Both the position numbers and the translations under genes were made by a program. The notes below the pieces were generated by a model, which had not been told where the DNA came from, searched no databases, and saw only the letters and a list, made by a program, of their open reading frames with translations. Shown in pieces: positions 38,901 through 51,575 of a stretch of DNA of 64,000 nt. Source of the stretch: Anaeramoeba ignava BMAN (lineage: Eukaryota > Protista > Anaeramoebae); the NCBI GenBank assembly GCA_028826165.1, contig JAPDFW010000081.1:434001-498000 (forward strand), given 5' to 3'. The stretch's first letter is position 1, and every line of letters starts with the position of its first letter.

Positions 38901-41900
38901 CAGAAAATCCAGATATAAACGATATTCTTCCATTTTTGGCTAATTTGGGATTGGATGTTTCATTTGGAAAAACAGTTGAATTTACACGATTATCAATTTT
39001 TCTGGAAAATACAGTTGAGAAACGGAGAATTTGCCTATTTGATGCAGAAAGACAAACACATTATTTGATTTGCTATTCATTAGTAAGTCGAGAAGGACAA
39101 GTTTATTTGTGCTTTTATGAAGATGCAGATCCTCCATTTGTGATCAATAATCAACTTGAGATTCCGATCAAATACGCACCATTCCAAGGATCAAGCACAG
39201 AATATTTAATTTCAGGAAAGAATAAAGCTAGTTATGACCCATTTATTACAAGAACACAATATCAAAGTATCCAGAAAAATTATAAGCTTCTTGAGGACTC
39301 AAAGCTAATTGAGAAGAGAATTCAGGAGCAAATTTTGAAAAATCAGATTCAAATGCACGATCAAAAAACTATTTTATTTCAAGAAAGATATTCCAAGCTT
39401 TATATTTCATCAACAGAAAATACACAACAAATCCATTCATCATTTGTGGATTTAAGATTTGCAGGAATTTTCCCGATTGTTGTTTCTCATAAAGATAAAA
39501 TGTATACTTGTGAAGTGAAGATAAAATTACATGGTGCTTCAAAAATTATTTTTATTCGCCAAAAAGCAAAAGAAGACAAAGAAGAATCAGATAAAATTGA
39601 AGAGAACATTGAGAATAAGAAGAATCTCCGAAATTAAAAAATCACAAAAACCTCAGAGATCGACAAATCAAGTTGAATTTCATCTTCAAATACCAATCAT
39701 TTCAATTACTGCTTATGATAATAAACTAATCAATGATAAATTACTTTTGCACATGGTTGTTTACAATATTGGAGCCATTTATACTCGCAATGATAATTTA
39801 GATCCTTTTCTAGATTGTATAAACAATGAGATTATCCAAATCAAATTGACAGATTTACACATTTTTAATCCAAATTCAAACCAAGAAAATGAAGAGTTTC
39901 CTGTGATTTTTTGTCGCGATTTGGCAATTCAGCCCAATTCTAATGAGCAACAGAAAAACCAAATTTTGAGAGCAAAAGCATCAGATGAATTTTTACTTCA
40001 AGCTTCTTTTCATATATGTAGATTTCGCGAAGATATTCTTCCCAATAAGTTTCATTTCCAATGGGTTTCTATTAAATTAAGTCCTTTTATTATCAATTTG
40101 GAATATCAATTTATCACACGAACAATTGAAAAAGCGAATTCTTTTATGATTCCAAGTGAGATTATAAATTCATTTTATAATATTGATCATCATAGTAAAG
40201 AATTGATTGAAACTCCAAATATAAATTCAAATCCAAATAATTTGAAAATTTGGAGTAAATTTTATACATTATCAAACAAAATGAAGCAAATGATTGAAAA
40301 ATTAGATCCAAAAAGAATTTATATTGAAAACGTTCAAATTTCAAGTTTTTCAGTTTTTTCAACTTTCAATGCTCATCGTTATATCGATATTTCTTTTGAA
40401 CAATCAAAGCTTTCTTTTGCTTCTATTCATTTATCAAACATTTTGTATCCGCCATCTGATCTAGCAAATCAAATACTGCAATCATATCTTGCTGATACAT
40501 TTATAAGTGTTCCATCTTTAATAGGTTCTTTAAATTTACTTGGAAATCCCACAGGATTGATGAGAGATTTGGGCAGAGGATTCAAAGACTTTTTCTCTAA
40601 ATCTTACGAAGGATTGAAAAGTGGAGCCACTCCTTTTCTAAAAGGGATCGGGAAAGGATTTACTTCTTTAGTCAAAAACACTTCCAAAGGCACATTGAGA
40701 ACAATTCATGCTCTTTCTTCAGGAATTCAGAAGAACATTGATTTATTTGGGCTTGGAATAAATTCTCAAGATGAAGATTTTGCCAAGAAAAAAAAGACCA
40801 AAAGGAATCTTGATTTGGAGGAAAAGCAAGAAATAGAGACAGAAAATAAGGAAGAAAAAAAATTTTCGGAAACAAATGAAAGCGATCAAAAAGAGGAGAA
40901 AATTGAACAGAAAAAATTCTTAACAAACAATTTTGAAATTGATCAAAATCAACCTCAGCTTTTTGATTCTGAAATGGTAGTGATGATGATGGAAATTTTT
41001 GGAGCAAATCAACAAGCAGAAACATTTCAAGAGCAAAAATCACCACAAAAATCAACAGGATTTCTTAAAGGAGTAAAAAGTTTTGGATCAAGTTTATATA
41101 GTGGATTTTCAGGTATTTTAACCGATCCTTTTAAGTCAGGAGGGTTTAAAGCGAAAAATGTAGCCAAAGGAGTTGTGTGTATGTTTACAAAGCCTCTTAG
41201 AGGAGCATTAGACTTAATTTCACAAACAAGTGATCAAGTTCTTAAAACTTCGGTTTTTTCTGAAGAAGAAGAAAAAAATAAGCAATTATATTTCCACTTA
41301 CTTTTTTTAACTCAAACAAAAGAAATGCAAAGAATTTCAAATAGTTTCCGCAAACAAGGTCCTGAGTTTCTTTCAAGTCCTTTTGGTTTTAGAGTTAAAA
41401 TTTTTAGTCAAATTCATGAACAATTTTTATTTGTTGTTTGGATTGCAAGTTTTATTTCAGAAAAAATCGAAAATGAGCAAGTTATTGTTGTTGTTTCCAA
41501 TAAGAATATTTATATTTTGAATAATAATTTTGAGATTTATAAAGTTATTAGGATTAATGAAGTTTCAGGGATTACCGAATCATTAATTGAACAAAATCAA
41601 AATAATAATCAAAATATTAATGAAAATATTAATGAAAATATTAATGAAAATCAAAATATTAATCAAAATATTAATCAAAATATTGAACAAAATCAAAATA
41701 TTAATGAAAATATTAATCAAAATCAAAATCAAAATAATAATATTAATCAAAATATTAATCAAAATATTAATGAAAATATTAATCAAAATATTAATCAATA
41801 TCAAAATATTCAAAATCAAAATATTCAAAATCATAATATTAATCAAAATATTAATGAAAATATTAATGAAAATATTAATCAAAATCAAAATATTAATCAA

Positions 41901-42248
41901 AATATTAATCAAAATATTCAAAATCAAAATATTCAAAATCATAATATTAATCAAAATCAAAATATTAATCAAAATATTAATCAAAATATTAATCAAAATC
42001 AAAATATTGAACAAAATCAAAATATTAATCAAAATCAAAATATTCAAAATCAAAATATTCAAAATCAAAATATTAATCAAAATATTAATCAAAATATTAA
42101 TCAAAATCAAAATATTAATCAACCAAAAAAATATTTGATTTTATTTAAAAATAATATCGAAATGATCATTTTTGAAGAAAATAATATTTTTGGAGATTTA
42201 TTTCAATTTCAATTAAAAATTGAAGATTTAAAAATGAAAGAAAATTAG
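26994..42248 (+). CDS. VPS13B: VPS13B-like bridge lipid-transfer protein, ~3,900 aa, 2 exons; three +1 frameshifts (~33755, ~34530, ~39600), likely errors
   Basis: Exon 1 (26994-27099) plus exon 2 (from 30682) gives the Chorein-N motif KKYLHKYFKNL..LKLSLWDGDLHLKNL..IPWKRI. The C-terminal GSLNLLGNPTGLMRDLGRGFKDFF..YEGL..FLKGIGKGFTSLVKNTSKGTL resembles the VPS13B ATG2_C region. Confidence 0.85.
27155..30660. repeat. 12-bp A/T-only minisatellite (AAATTATAAATA) filling the 3.58-kb VPS13 intron
   Basis: Lies between the GT at 27100 and the AAG at 30681; almost no G or C. Confidence 0.95.
41590..42122 (+). repeat. Coding repeat (NINQ/NINE/NQNI) inserted near the VPS13 C-terminus
   Basis: In-frame 6-/12-bp units such as AATATTAATCAA; about 175 residues of N/I/Q/E. 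Confidence 0.9.
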
Positions 42249-42335
42249 AAAAAAAATTTAAATTTAAATTTAAAATCATTTTTTTTCATTTTTTTCATTT
42301 TTTTTTAGTTTCATTTTTTAAAAAAAATAATAAAA

Positions 42336-42764
42336 ATGTCAAGAGAATTAAAAGAAATTGTTGGATTAACAAAATTAAATGATTTCTTAATTAATAATAA
42401 AGAAGTACAAATAAAAGAACAAATAAAACAAAAACTTGATTCAAAACAAAATGAATTAAAAGAAAAAAACGAAAAAAACAACAAAGAAAAAGAAGAAAAA
42501 AAACCAGTTATTTTAAATATTGAAAATAGTTATGATTTTTCAAGATATAAAGAAAGAGAAAAATGGGAAGGACCAATTAAACCTGAATCAATTAAAACTC
42601 AAGTATCTAAACCTGATATTGATCAAAACTCTATTTTATCTTGTAATGGAATTTGTTCTAATTGTGCTTTTAAAAATCTTTGTGGTTTCGGTTTGCAAAA
42701 TTTAACTGAAAAATTAGCAGATGTTTCAGTTGATTCAATTAAAAAATTAGCTTCTAAATTTTAA
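42336..42764 (+). CDS. Hypothetical 142-aa protein with N-terminal coiled coil and a CxxxCxxCxxxxxC motif
   Basis: Single-exon ORF preceded by tandem TCATTTT; SCNGICSNCAFKNLCG. Confidence 0.65.
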   Translation: MSRELKEIVGLTKLNDFLINNKEVQIKEQIKQKLDSKQNELKEKNEKNNKEKEEKKPVILNIENSYDFSRYKEREKWEGPIKPESIKTQVSKPDIDQNSILSCNGICSNCAFKNLCGFGLQNLTEKLADVSVDSIKKLASKF

Positions 42765-42821
42765 ATGAAGAAAATTTAAAAAATTTTTTTTTTAAAATGA
42801 AAAATAAAAAGAAAAGACATT

Positions 42822-43575
42822 TGAAATTTGAAATTATTCTTTAATCCTTTTAAATTTGAAATTATTCTTTAATTCTTTTAAATTTTAAATTATTCTTTAA
42901 TTCTTTGAAATTCGAAATTATTCTTTTATTCTTTTAAATTTTAAATTATTCTTTAATCCTTTTAAATTTGAAATTATTCTTTAATTCTTTTAAATTTGAA
43001 ATTATTCTTTAATTATTTTAAATTTGAAATTATTCTTTAATTCTTTTAAATTTGAAATTATTCTTTAATTCTTTTAAATTTGAAATTATTCTTTAATTCT
43101 TTTAAATTTGAAATTATTCTTTAATTCTTTTAAATTTGAAATTTTAAATTTGAAATTTGAAATTTGAAATTATTCTTTAATTCTTTTAAATTTGAAATTA
43201 TTCTTTAATTCTTTTAAATTTTAAATTATTCTTTAATTCTTTTAAATTCGAAATTATTCTTTAATTCTTTTAAATTTGAAATTATTCTTTAATACTTTTA
43301 AATTTGAAATTTTAAATTTTAAATTATTCTTTAATTCTTTTAAATTTGAAATTTTAAATTTTAAATTATTCTTTAATTCTTTTAAATTTGAAATTTTAAA
43401 TTTGAAATTTGAAATTTGAAATTATTCTTTAATTCTTTTAAATTTGAAATTATTCTTTAATTCTTTTAAATTTGAAATTTTAAATTTTAAATTATTCTTT
43501 TAAATTTGAAATTTTAAATTTGAAATTTTAAATTCGAAATTTGAAATTTTAAATTCGAAATTATTCTTTAATTCG
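42822..43575. repeat. 28-bp intergenic minisatellite (AAATTTGAAATTATTCTTTAATTCTTTT)
   Basis: Tandem units with internal 7-mer AAATTTG/AAATTTT sub-repeats, between convergent genes. Confidence 0.9.
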
Positions 43576-43577
43576 TT

Positions 43578-46512
43578 TTAAGAAAAAAAGATTATTAATG
43601 GAAAATCCCTTTTGGAATAATTTTTTATCATGAAAAATGGTTTCGAAATTTCTTTTCCTGATTCTTCTTGCCAAAATCCCCATTTCTCCAAAAGTAAATC
43701 AATTATTGAATTTTGATTTAATTGATAATAATCTTTTAAATCTGAAAATTCTTCACTAAATCCTTTTTCTTTTTCTTTTTCATCAAAATCATCATGATAA
43801 AGAAAGTAAATTAATTGCTGAATTGTTTCAAATGATTTTTCTGAATAATCATGAACTTGATTTGATGAATCTTGAACATTTAAAAACATTCCTTTGAATA
43901 ATTCACTTCTTATGAATAACATTAATTTATGAACTTTGATTTCTTTTTCTTCAGCAATTATTGTAAAATCTTTTGTTTCATTTTGTTGATATAATTTGGA
44001 TAAATCTTTTATTATTCCTTTTCTTCCTTTTTTCGATTTAATCCAATTTGAATCTAATCCAATTTCATTGAACAGTTCTTCAATTTTCTGTTCTTGTTCT
44101 TGTTCTTGTTGTTGTTTTTGAATAAATTTTTGATAAATTCGTTGTAAATCATAAAATCCTGAATAAATGAAATTTAAAGCAAATTGAACTTCTTCTTTTG
44201 ATTTTTGAGAACAAATATCAATAAATTTTTGTAAAATTGATTCGTTATTATCAAATCTTGTTAAAAGAATTAGTTTATGAATATTAAATTTGAAGCCATC
44301 ATTTGATTGGATTTGATAATCTGAAAAATTATCATTTAAATTTAATAACAAATTATTCATATCTTGATTTATTGAATAAACTCTAGTCAAAATTGCAACA
44401 AATTCATTTGTAATTTGATTTTGGTTCAAATCAAAAATATTTACATCATTCATCAACAATAATTGGATTAAATCTTTTCTTTTTTCTTCAATCGATATTG
44501 AAAGAGCTGTTTCATTGTTCATCTGTTTTTGCGTTGATATCAATTCCTTTTTCAATAAAATAATGAATAACTTCAGTTGATAAATTTGAATTTCTACAAG
44601 CAAGATGCAAAACTGCTTCATTATCATATACTTTTGCATTAATATCGATCCCATTTTCAACAAGACATTTGATAACTTCGAGTGAAATAAATTGATTTTC
44701 ATTTGTACAAACGATATGTAGAGCTGTTTCATTGCCAGCTGTTTTTGCATTGATATCAATTCCCTTTTCAACAAGATATTTGATAATTTGAATTGAAATA
44801 TTTGGATTTTTATTTTTGCAAGCAATATGTAAAGCTGTTTCTTTGTAATATTTTGTTTTTGCATTGATATCAATTCCTTTTTCAACAAGATATTTGATAA
44901 TTTGAATGGAAATATTTGGATTTCGGCAAGCAATATGTAAACTTGATTCTTTTTTATTTTCTGTTTGTGCATTGATATCAACTCCTTTTTCAACAAGATA
45001 TTTGATAAATTGAAAAGATGGATTTTTATTACCACAAGCTACATCTAAAGGTGTTACATTTTCCATTGCTTTTGCATTAATATAAATTCCATTTTCAAAA
45101 AGATATTTGATAATTTCAAATGATCCATTTTCATTTTGAAAAGCATAAGAAAAAGCATTTTTGTTTGTATAACCTGTTGTTGCATTAATATCAACTCCTT
45201 TTTCAACAAGATACTTGATAACTTCGAGTGAATTGTATTTGCAAGCAAAATGCAAAGCTGTTTTATTATCAACTGTTTTTGCATTGATATCTATTCCATT
45301 TTCAACAAGATACTTGATAACTGCAAATGAATTGTATTTGCAAGCAATATGCAAAGCTGTTTCGTTACGACCTGTTTTTGAATTGATATCAATTCCTTTA
45401 TCAATAAAATACTTGATAACTTCGAGTGAATTATATCTACAAGCATAATAAAAGGCATTTTTGTTTGTGTAAAGTGTTGTTGCATTGATATCAATTCCTT
45501 TTTCAACAAGATACTTGATAACTTCAAGTGAATTGTATTGGCAAGCAATATGCAAAGCTGTTTCATGATCTTTTTTTGCTTTTACATTGATATCAGCACC
45601 ATTTTCAACAAGATATTTGATAATATCAATCGAAATATTTGGATTTCCGCAAGCATAATGTAAAGGAGCTTGATTTTTTTGATATAATTCCTTAATGACA
45701 ATTCCTATATCAATAATATTTTTGATCACTTCAAATGGTGGATTTTGATTTCCAAAAACATAAAAAAATGTATTTTGGAGATTTTCATCTCTTATTTTTG
45801 GTGGTTTTTCAACACTTTTTTCCATCAAAAATTTCATTACTTCAAACGAAGGTTTTGGATTCAAATAAACAAGATCCAAAGCTGTTCTATTTAGGCAGTT
45901 TGCTACATTAATATCAATTCCTTTTTCAATAAGATATTTTATAACTTCAAGTGGTGGATTTTGTTTTGAACAAAGAAAATGCAAAGCTGTTTTATTCTCA
46001 ACAGTTTTTGCATTAATATCAATTCCTTTTTCAATAAGATATTTTATAACTTCAAGTGGTGGATTCTCTTTTGAACAAACATAATGTAAAGCTGTTTCAT
46101 TTAGTTTTGTTTTTGCATTAATATCAACTCCATTTTCAACAAGATACTTGATAGCTTCAATTGAAATGCTTTTACTTTTGCAAGCAAAATGTAAAGCTGT
46201 TTGATTGATTATTGTTTTTAAATTTATATCAATTTCTTTTGAAAGTAAAAATTCAAGAATATCTTTTTGTGGATTTTTTAGAGCTGCAATATGGAATGAG
46301 TTTCTTCCAAAAGGATCCATTAATTTTGGATCTATTCGTTTCGAAATTAAAATTTTAAGTATTTTTTTTGGAACTTTTTTTTCAATTGCAAAATGTAAAA
46401 TTAATTTTCTTTTATATTTTGGTCCAACCTTAATTTCATTTTCTGGAATTGATTCAATTTGTTTTAAATATTCAATATCATTTTCTTCAATAGCTTTTAC
46501 AATTAAATCCAT
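43578..46512 (-). CDS. Intronless ankyrin-repeat plus tandem BTB protein, paralog of 6617-10302; one apparent frameshift near 44515
   Basis: Start MDLIVKAIEENDIEYLKQIE matches the paralog start MELISKAIQENNIEYLKEIE, so the ATG is 46512 rather than 46569; near-identical BTB module. Confidence 0.9.
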
Positions 46513-46694
46513 TTTTAAAAACAACAAACAAAAAAAATGATAAAAAAAAAATTTTTTTAAATTTTTCATTTTTTTTTTGCTTTTTTTTTTATAACAAATT
46601 TAATAAAGAACAAAATAAAATTATTAATTATTTAATTAATTAATTTAAAAGTAATTAAAAATAATCAAAAATAAATAAAAAAAAATAATCAAAA

Positions 46695-46938
46695 ATGAGA
46701 GAAATTATTCATGTACAAGTTGGACAATGTGGAAATCAAATTGGATGGAAATTTTGGGAAACAATTTGTCAAGAACATGGAATAAATCCAGATGGCCAAT
46801 ATGAAGGTGATAATGAACTTCAACTTGAAAGAATTGGTGTTTATTTTACAGAAGCAACTGGGGGTAAAAAAATTTAATTTAATTTAATTTAAAATTTAAA
46901 AAAAAATTTTTTTTTCTCCTTTTTCTTTTAATTTAAAA

Positions 46939-47013
<75 letters not shown>

Positions 47014-47020
47014 ATATTAA

Positions 47021-47115
<95 letters not shown>

Positions 47116-48546
47116 ATATTAATTAAAAATAAAATTTTTTTTTTATTATTAATAGCAAGATATGTTCCAAGAGCTGTTCTTGTCGATTTAGAACAAGGTG
47201 TAATGGATTCAATTAGAGGATCAAAAATGGGCAAATTATTCAAACCAGATACAATGGTTTATGGACAATCAGGAGCAGGAAACAACTGGGCAAAAGGACA
47301 TTATACAGAAGGAGCAGAATTAATTGAAAATGTAATGGAAGTTATTCGAAAAGAATCAGAAAATTGTGATTGTCTTCAAGGATTCCAAATTTCTCATTCT
47401 CTTGGAGGTGGAACTGGTTCAGGTCTTGGAACTCTCTTACTTTCTCGCATCCGTGAAGAACATCCTGACAGAATGATTGCAACTTTTTCTGTTGTTCCTT
47501 CCCCAAAAGTCTCTGATACTGTTGTTGAACCTTATAATGCTACTCTTTCTGTTCATCAACTTGTTGAAAATGCTGATGAAGTTATGTGCATTGATAATGA
47601 AGCTCTTTATAGAATTTCAACCAATACTTTGAATATTCCTAATCCTTCTTATCCTGATTTGAATCATTTGGTTTCTTCTGTTATGAGTGGAATTACTTCA
47701 ACTTTAAGATTTCCAGGTTTGTTTTAAAAATAAAATTTAAAAAAAAAATATTTCCTTAAACATGAAATTAATTAATTTTAAAAAAAATATTTTCTTAAAC
47801 ATGAAATTAATTAATGAAAAAAATATTTAAAAAAAAAATATTATTTAATAGGTCAACTTAATTCCGATCTTAGAAAATTAGCAGTCAATTTAATCCCATT
47901 CCCAAGATTACACTTTTTCTTAATTGGATTCGCACCCTTAACAAGAAGAGATGCAATTGGATACACAGCATTATCAGTTCCTGAATTAACACAACAAATG
48001 TTTTCACCCAAGAACATGATGGCAGCAGCAGATCCATCACTTGGAAAATACTTAACAGCATCAGCAATGTTCAGAGGAAGAATCCCAACAAAAGAAATTG
48101 ACGACAACATGCTTTCCTTACAGAATAAATATCAAGGACAATTTATTGAATGGATCCCAAATAACATCAAAAGCACAATTTGTGATATTCCACCAAAAGG
48201 ACATAAAATCAGTGTCACTTTTATTGGTAATTCAACTTCCATTCAAGAATTATTCAAAAGAATCGAAGGTCAATTCACTAAAATGTACAGAAGAAGAGCT
48301 TTTGTTCATTGGTATCTTGGTGAAGGAATGGATGAGTCAGAATTTGCTGAATCTCAAAACAACATGAAAGATCTTGTTAAAGAATATCAACAATATCAAG
48401 ATGCTACTCTTGATGATGTTTTTGGTGAAGAAGATGAACAAGATGAAGTCGACAGTCAAGAAGAAGTTCAAAGTGGTCAAGAACAAGTAAGTGGAGATGA
48501 TGATGATGATGCTCAAGTTGATGATGATGGTGAAGATGATGATTAA
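46695..48546 (+). CDS. TUBB: Divergent beta-tubulin, 3 exons, 474 aa
   Basis: Exons 46695-46863, 47156-47716, 47852-48546. MREI start, [34 protein letters not shown]. Confidence 0.95.
46936..47117. repeat. (AAAT)n microsatellite in beta-tubulin intron 1
   Basis: Direct observation. Confidence 0.95.
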
Positions 48547-48912
48547 ATAAATGATAATGATCTTCTTTCATTTTTTCATTTTTTTTTTCTCTTAAAATTT
48601 CTTTCTTTTTGATTCTTCTTTTTCTTTTAAAATCTTTTTTCTTTTTTTTTTTTTTTCTTTTCTTTTTCATCTAAAAAAAAATGTCAAAAAAAAAAAAAGA
48701 AATTAAGAAACAAAAAAAGAAAGAATCAAAAAGAAAAAAAAAATAAGTAAGAAAGGAAATAATCAATTTAATTCTTTCATATTCAATTTTTCTTTTATTA
48801 ACAAAAAAACCAAAAAAAAAAACAAAAATTTTTTTTTAAAAACAAAAATCATTTTTCTTATTTTTCTTTTTTAAAAAAAATAATAAAATAATAATAAAAT
48901 AACAATAACAAA

Positions 48913-51352
48913 ATGAATTTAAATCGTTATCAAACTTGTGAAAAATTAAAAGCAAATCTTCAAAATATTCTTTTATTAAAAAAACAAAAAGAAAATTTAA
49001 AACAACAACAAAAACAAAAACAAAAACAAAATTTAAACGAAAATTTAAATTTAAATGAAAATGAGAAAAAAATTCTTTTACAACCTTTTTTATTATTAGC
49101 TTCTTTAAAAGAACAAAATCGAGAATCAAATTTAAGAGTTGATTCTAAAAGAAAAAAAATTCAAAAATTACAAGAATTAATGGAATTAATGGATTCGGAT
49201 TTATTAAAAAATCTATATAAAAAATTAGAAATAAAACAAGAAATTAAAGCAATATCAAAAACGATGTAAAATTTCAAATTTCAAAATCAAATTTCAAATT
49301 ATTTATTCTTGATTTTTAAAACAAAAAGTGAAAATCCCAAGATTCAATTAATTCCAAAAGAACAATTTATTCAAGATAAACAAAAAGAAAAAGAATCAGA
49401 ATCAGAAACAGATTTGAAAAAATTAGAAGAAAAAGATCCTCATCAATTTTTAATGAATAGATTTGAATATGAATTACAAGAAAGAGAAAAGCATAATAAA
49501 TATTTAAAAAATTTAAATGAAAAAGTTGAAAATATTAAGAAAGAAAATTCTCGAAAAAAAGTTTTTTTGAATGATTTACAAACAAAATTAAAAACATTAA
49601 TTGATGTAAAAATTCAATTTAAAAATTCATTTTAAAAATTCATTTTAAAAATTAATTTTATTTCGTTCCTAGATTTCAATCCCAATCCAAGAATTCTTAC
49701 AAATTCCAATTACAGAAAAAATTCAACAATATAATAATATTGCTTGTTTTTTATCAAGTCCTTTATATACTTTATTCCAATCACTTGATTCAAGCAAAGA
49801 ACATTTACAAACACAAATACAAACTGAAATTATTGGAGATCCACAAAAAGCTAAAAAATTTTCAAAAAAACACTTCAAAGCTCTTGACAAATTGAATTCA
49901 ACAATTAATAGTATGGATTCATTGGAAGAAGGAGAAGTTAAACCTGAATTTGCAAATAAATCCACAAATCCAAAAGAAAAAATTCCATTTCAAGTCGAAA
50001 ACTCATCAATTCAAAAAAATATATTCAAAGCATATCCTTTAAAATTACATTTGAAAATTAATTGCAATCAAGATGAACATTTGCTTATTGAATTTACTCA
50101 TTTTGTTTTCTTGAAAATTGTGACTATGAAAATTATTCAATCCCCATTTAAAAACGAAAATGAAAACGAAAATGAAAAATTACTGATGAAAAATTTTAAC
50201 TCAATTTTATTTTCAAATTTATTTCCAAATGACGATGGAAATAATCTTCCTCCAGAATCAGAAAGTTTATTAATTCATGCCAAACAAGAATATTTTGATA
50301 TTGGGAAATATGGAAAACCATATTTGTGGTTGCAATGGATTTGTGGAATTCAGCATTCATATCCTTTAGAATCATATTTAAATTCAAATTTAAATTCAGA
50401 AGAAAATAACAAAATGATAATTATTGAAGAAGAACAAAATTCACAACAAAAAATCACTGTTCCAAATCAAAAAATTAAAATTAGCAATAGAAACAAAATG
50501 ATTTTTCTTGGAATAAAAGATCTTATTTCAATGATCAAATATCGTGTTGAAAATTTGATTGAATTGAAGAAACAAATTGATAGTTTAATAACTTCAAATT
50601 CAGTATCAATTGCAAACAATACAAGAACTCTAACAAAATTAGAAAAATGGGAACAAATTTCAGAAACCCAATTTTTATCAAAACAATTTCCTCATTTGAA
50701 TAATTCATATGATTTTACAAATTTTTTAAGAAATGAACACATTGATATTCAAAACAATCTTTTTTATCAAGGAATATTTCGACATTCAAAATGTAATCCA
50801 CAAAATTTAACAATTAAAATCATTTAAAAAAATTTTAAAAATTAAAATCATTTAAAAAAATTTTAACAATTAAAATCATTTAAAAAAATTTTAAAAATTA
50901 AAATCATTTAAAAAAATTTAGCCAATTTCTTAGTTTTTGTGATGATTTCTCCAAAATATCCAGAATCTTCTCCAAGGTTTTTTATTCATTCAATTGATCA
51001 AAAACAAACTCATAATTTTATTCCAAATGAAGAATTACAAAAAAAAATGAATCAATTAATTGATTCTTCATCAAATAAAATTATTCAACAATTAATAAAA
51101 GATGAAAATGAAAATGAAAATGAAAATCATGATAATCAACTTGATTGGATTGAATATCAAATTAATGAAGTTATTCTTAATGAAATTCAAAATAAAACTC
51201 AAATTCTTTCTTTACAAATTATTCATTTACAAGTTTGTATTGATGCGATGATTAGAACAGAAGGAAAATTAACAACAGGTCAATCTCAAATTAGAACAAG
51301 AAAAGGAAGAGATAGACATCCATTTGGAATACATCGTTCAATTGCGATTTAA
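48913..51352 (+). CDS. THOC5: THO complex subunit 5 (FMIP/Thoc5), 4 exons, ~726 aa; start uncertain
   Basis: Exons 48913-49265, 49329-49605, 49673-50792, 50922-51352. LKEQNRES..NLYKK.EIKQEI; IQLIPKEQF; DPHQFLMNRFEYELQER; LSSPLYTLF; LFPNDDGNNLP; GKPYLWLQWICGI; ISPKYPESSPRF; RKGRDRHPF. Confidence 0.85.
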
Positions 51353-51502
51353 TAATAAAAAACAAATAAAAACAAAAAACAAATAAAACAAAATAAAAAT
51401 TAAATAAAAAAAAAACAAAAATTAAATAAAAAAAAAAAACAAAAATAAAAAAAAAAAAAACAAAAATTAAATAAAAAAAAAAATTAAATAAAAAAAAATT
51501 AA

Positions 51503-51575
51503 TGAGCCTAGAAGGACTTGAACCCTCAACCTTTTGATCTGGAGTCAAACGCACTACCATTTGTGCTATAGGCTC
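51503..51575 (-). tRNA. trnW: tRNA-Trp (CCA), intronless
   Basis: GAGCCTATAGCACAAATGGTAGTGCGTTTGACTCCAGATCAAAAGGTTGAGGGTTCAAGTCCTTCTAGGCTCA: 7-bp acceptor stem, D arm, 5-bp anticodon stem TTTGA/TCAAA around CCA, GTTCAAGTC T loop. Confidence 0.97.

Noticed and set aside
33751-39637. Euplotes-like programmed +1 frameshifting in VPS13 (three +1 shifts ending at AAA-TGA, CCT-TGA and AAT-TAA)
   Set aside because: Similar single-base insertions (AAT to AAAT, extra T/C/G) occur in ankyrin and RCC1 repeats at positions not adjacent to stops, and the codon before the stop is not conserved. Long-read consensus error is more parsimonious; Illumina reads would decide.
46513-46569. N-terminal extension of ankyrin-BTB 2 from ATG 46569
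   Set aside because: That ATG is the antisense of a TCATTTT motif facing the tubulin gene; paralog alignment starts at 46512
51503-51575. tRNA-Trp variant able to read UGA (shortened anticodon stem) or stop-codon reassignment
   Set aside because: The anticodon stem is a normal 5 bp; TAA, TAG and TGA all appear as terminators, and I found no in-frame stop at a conserved position
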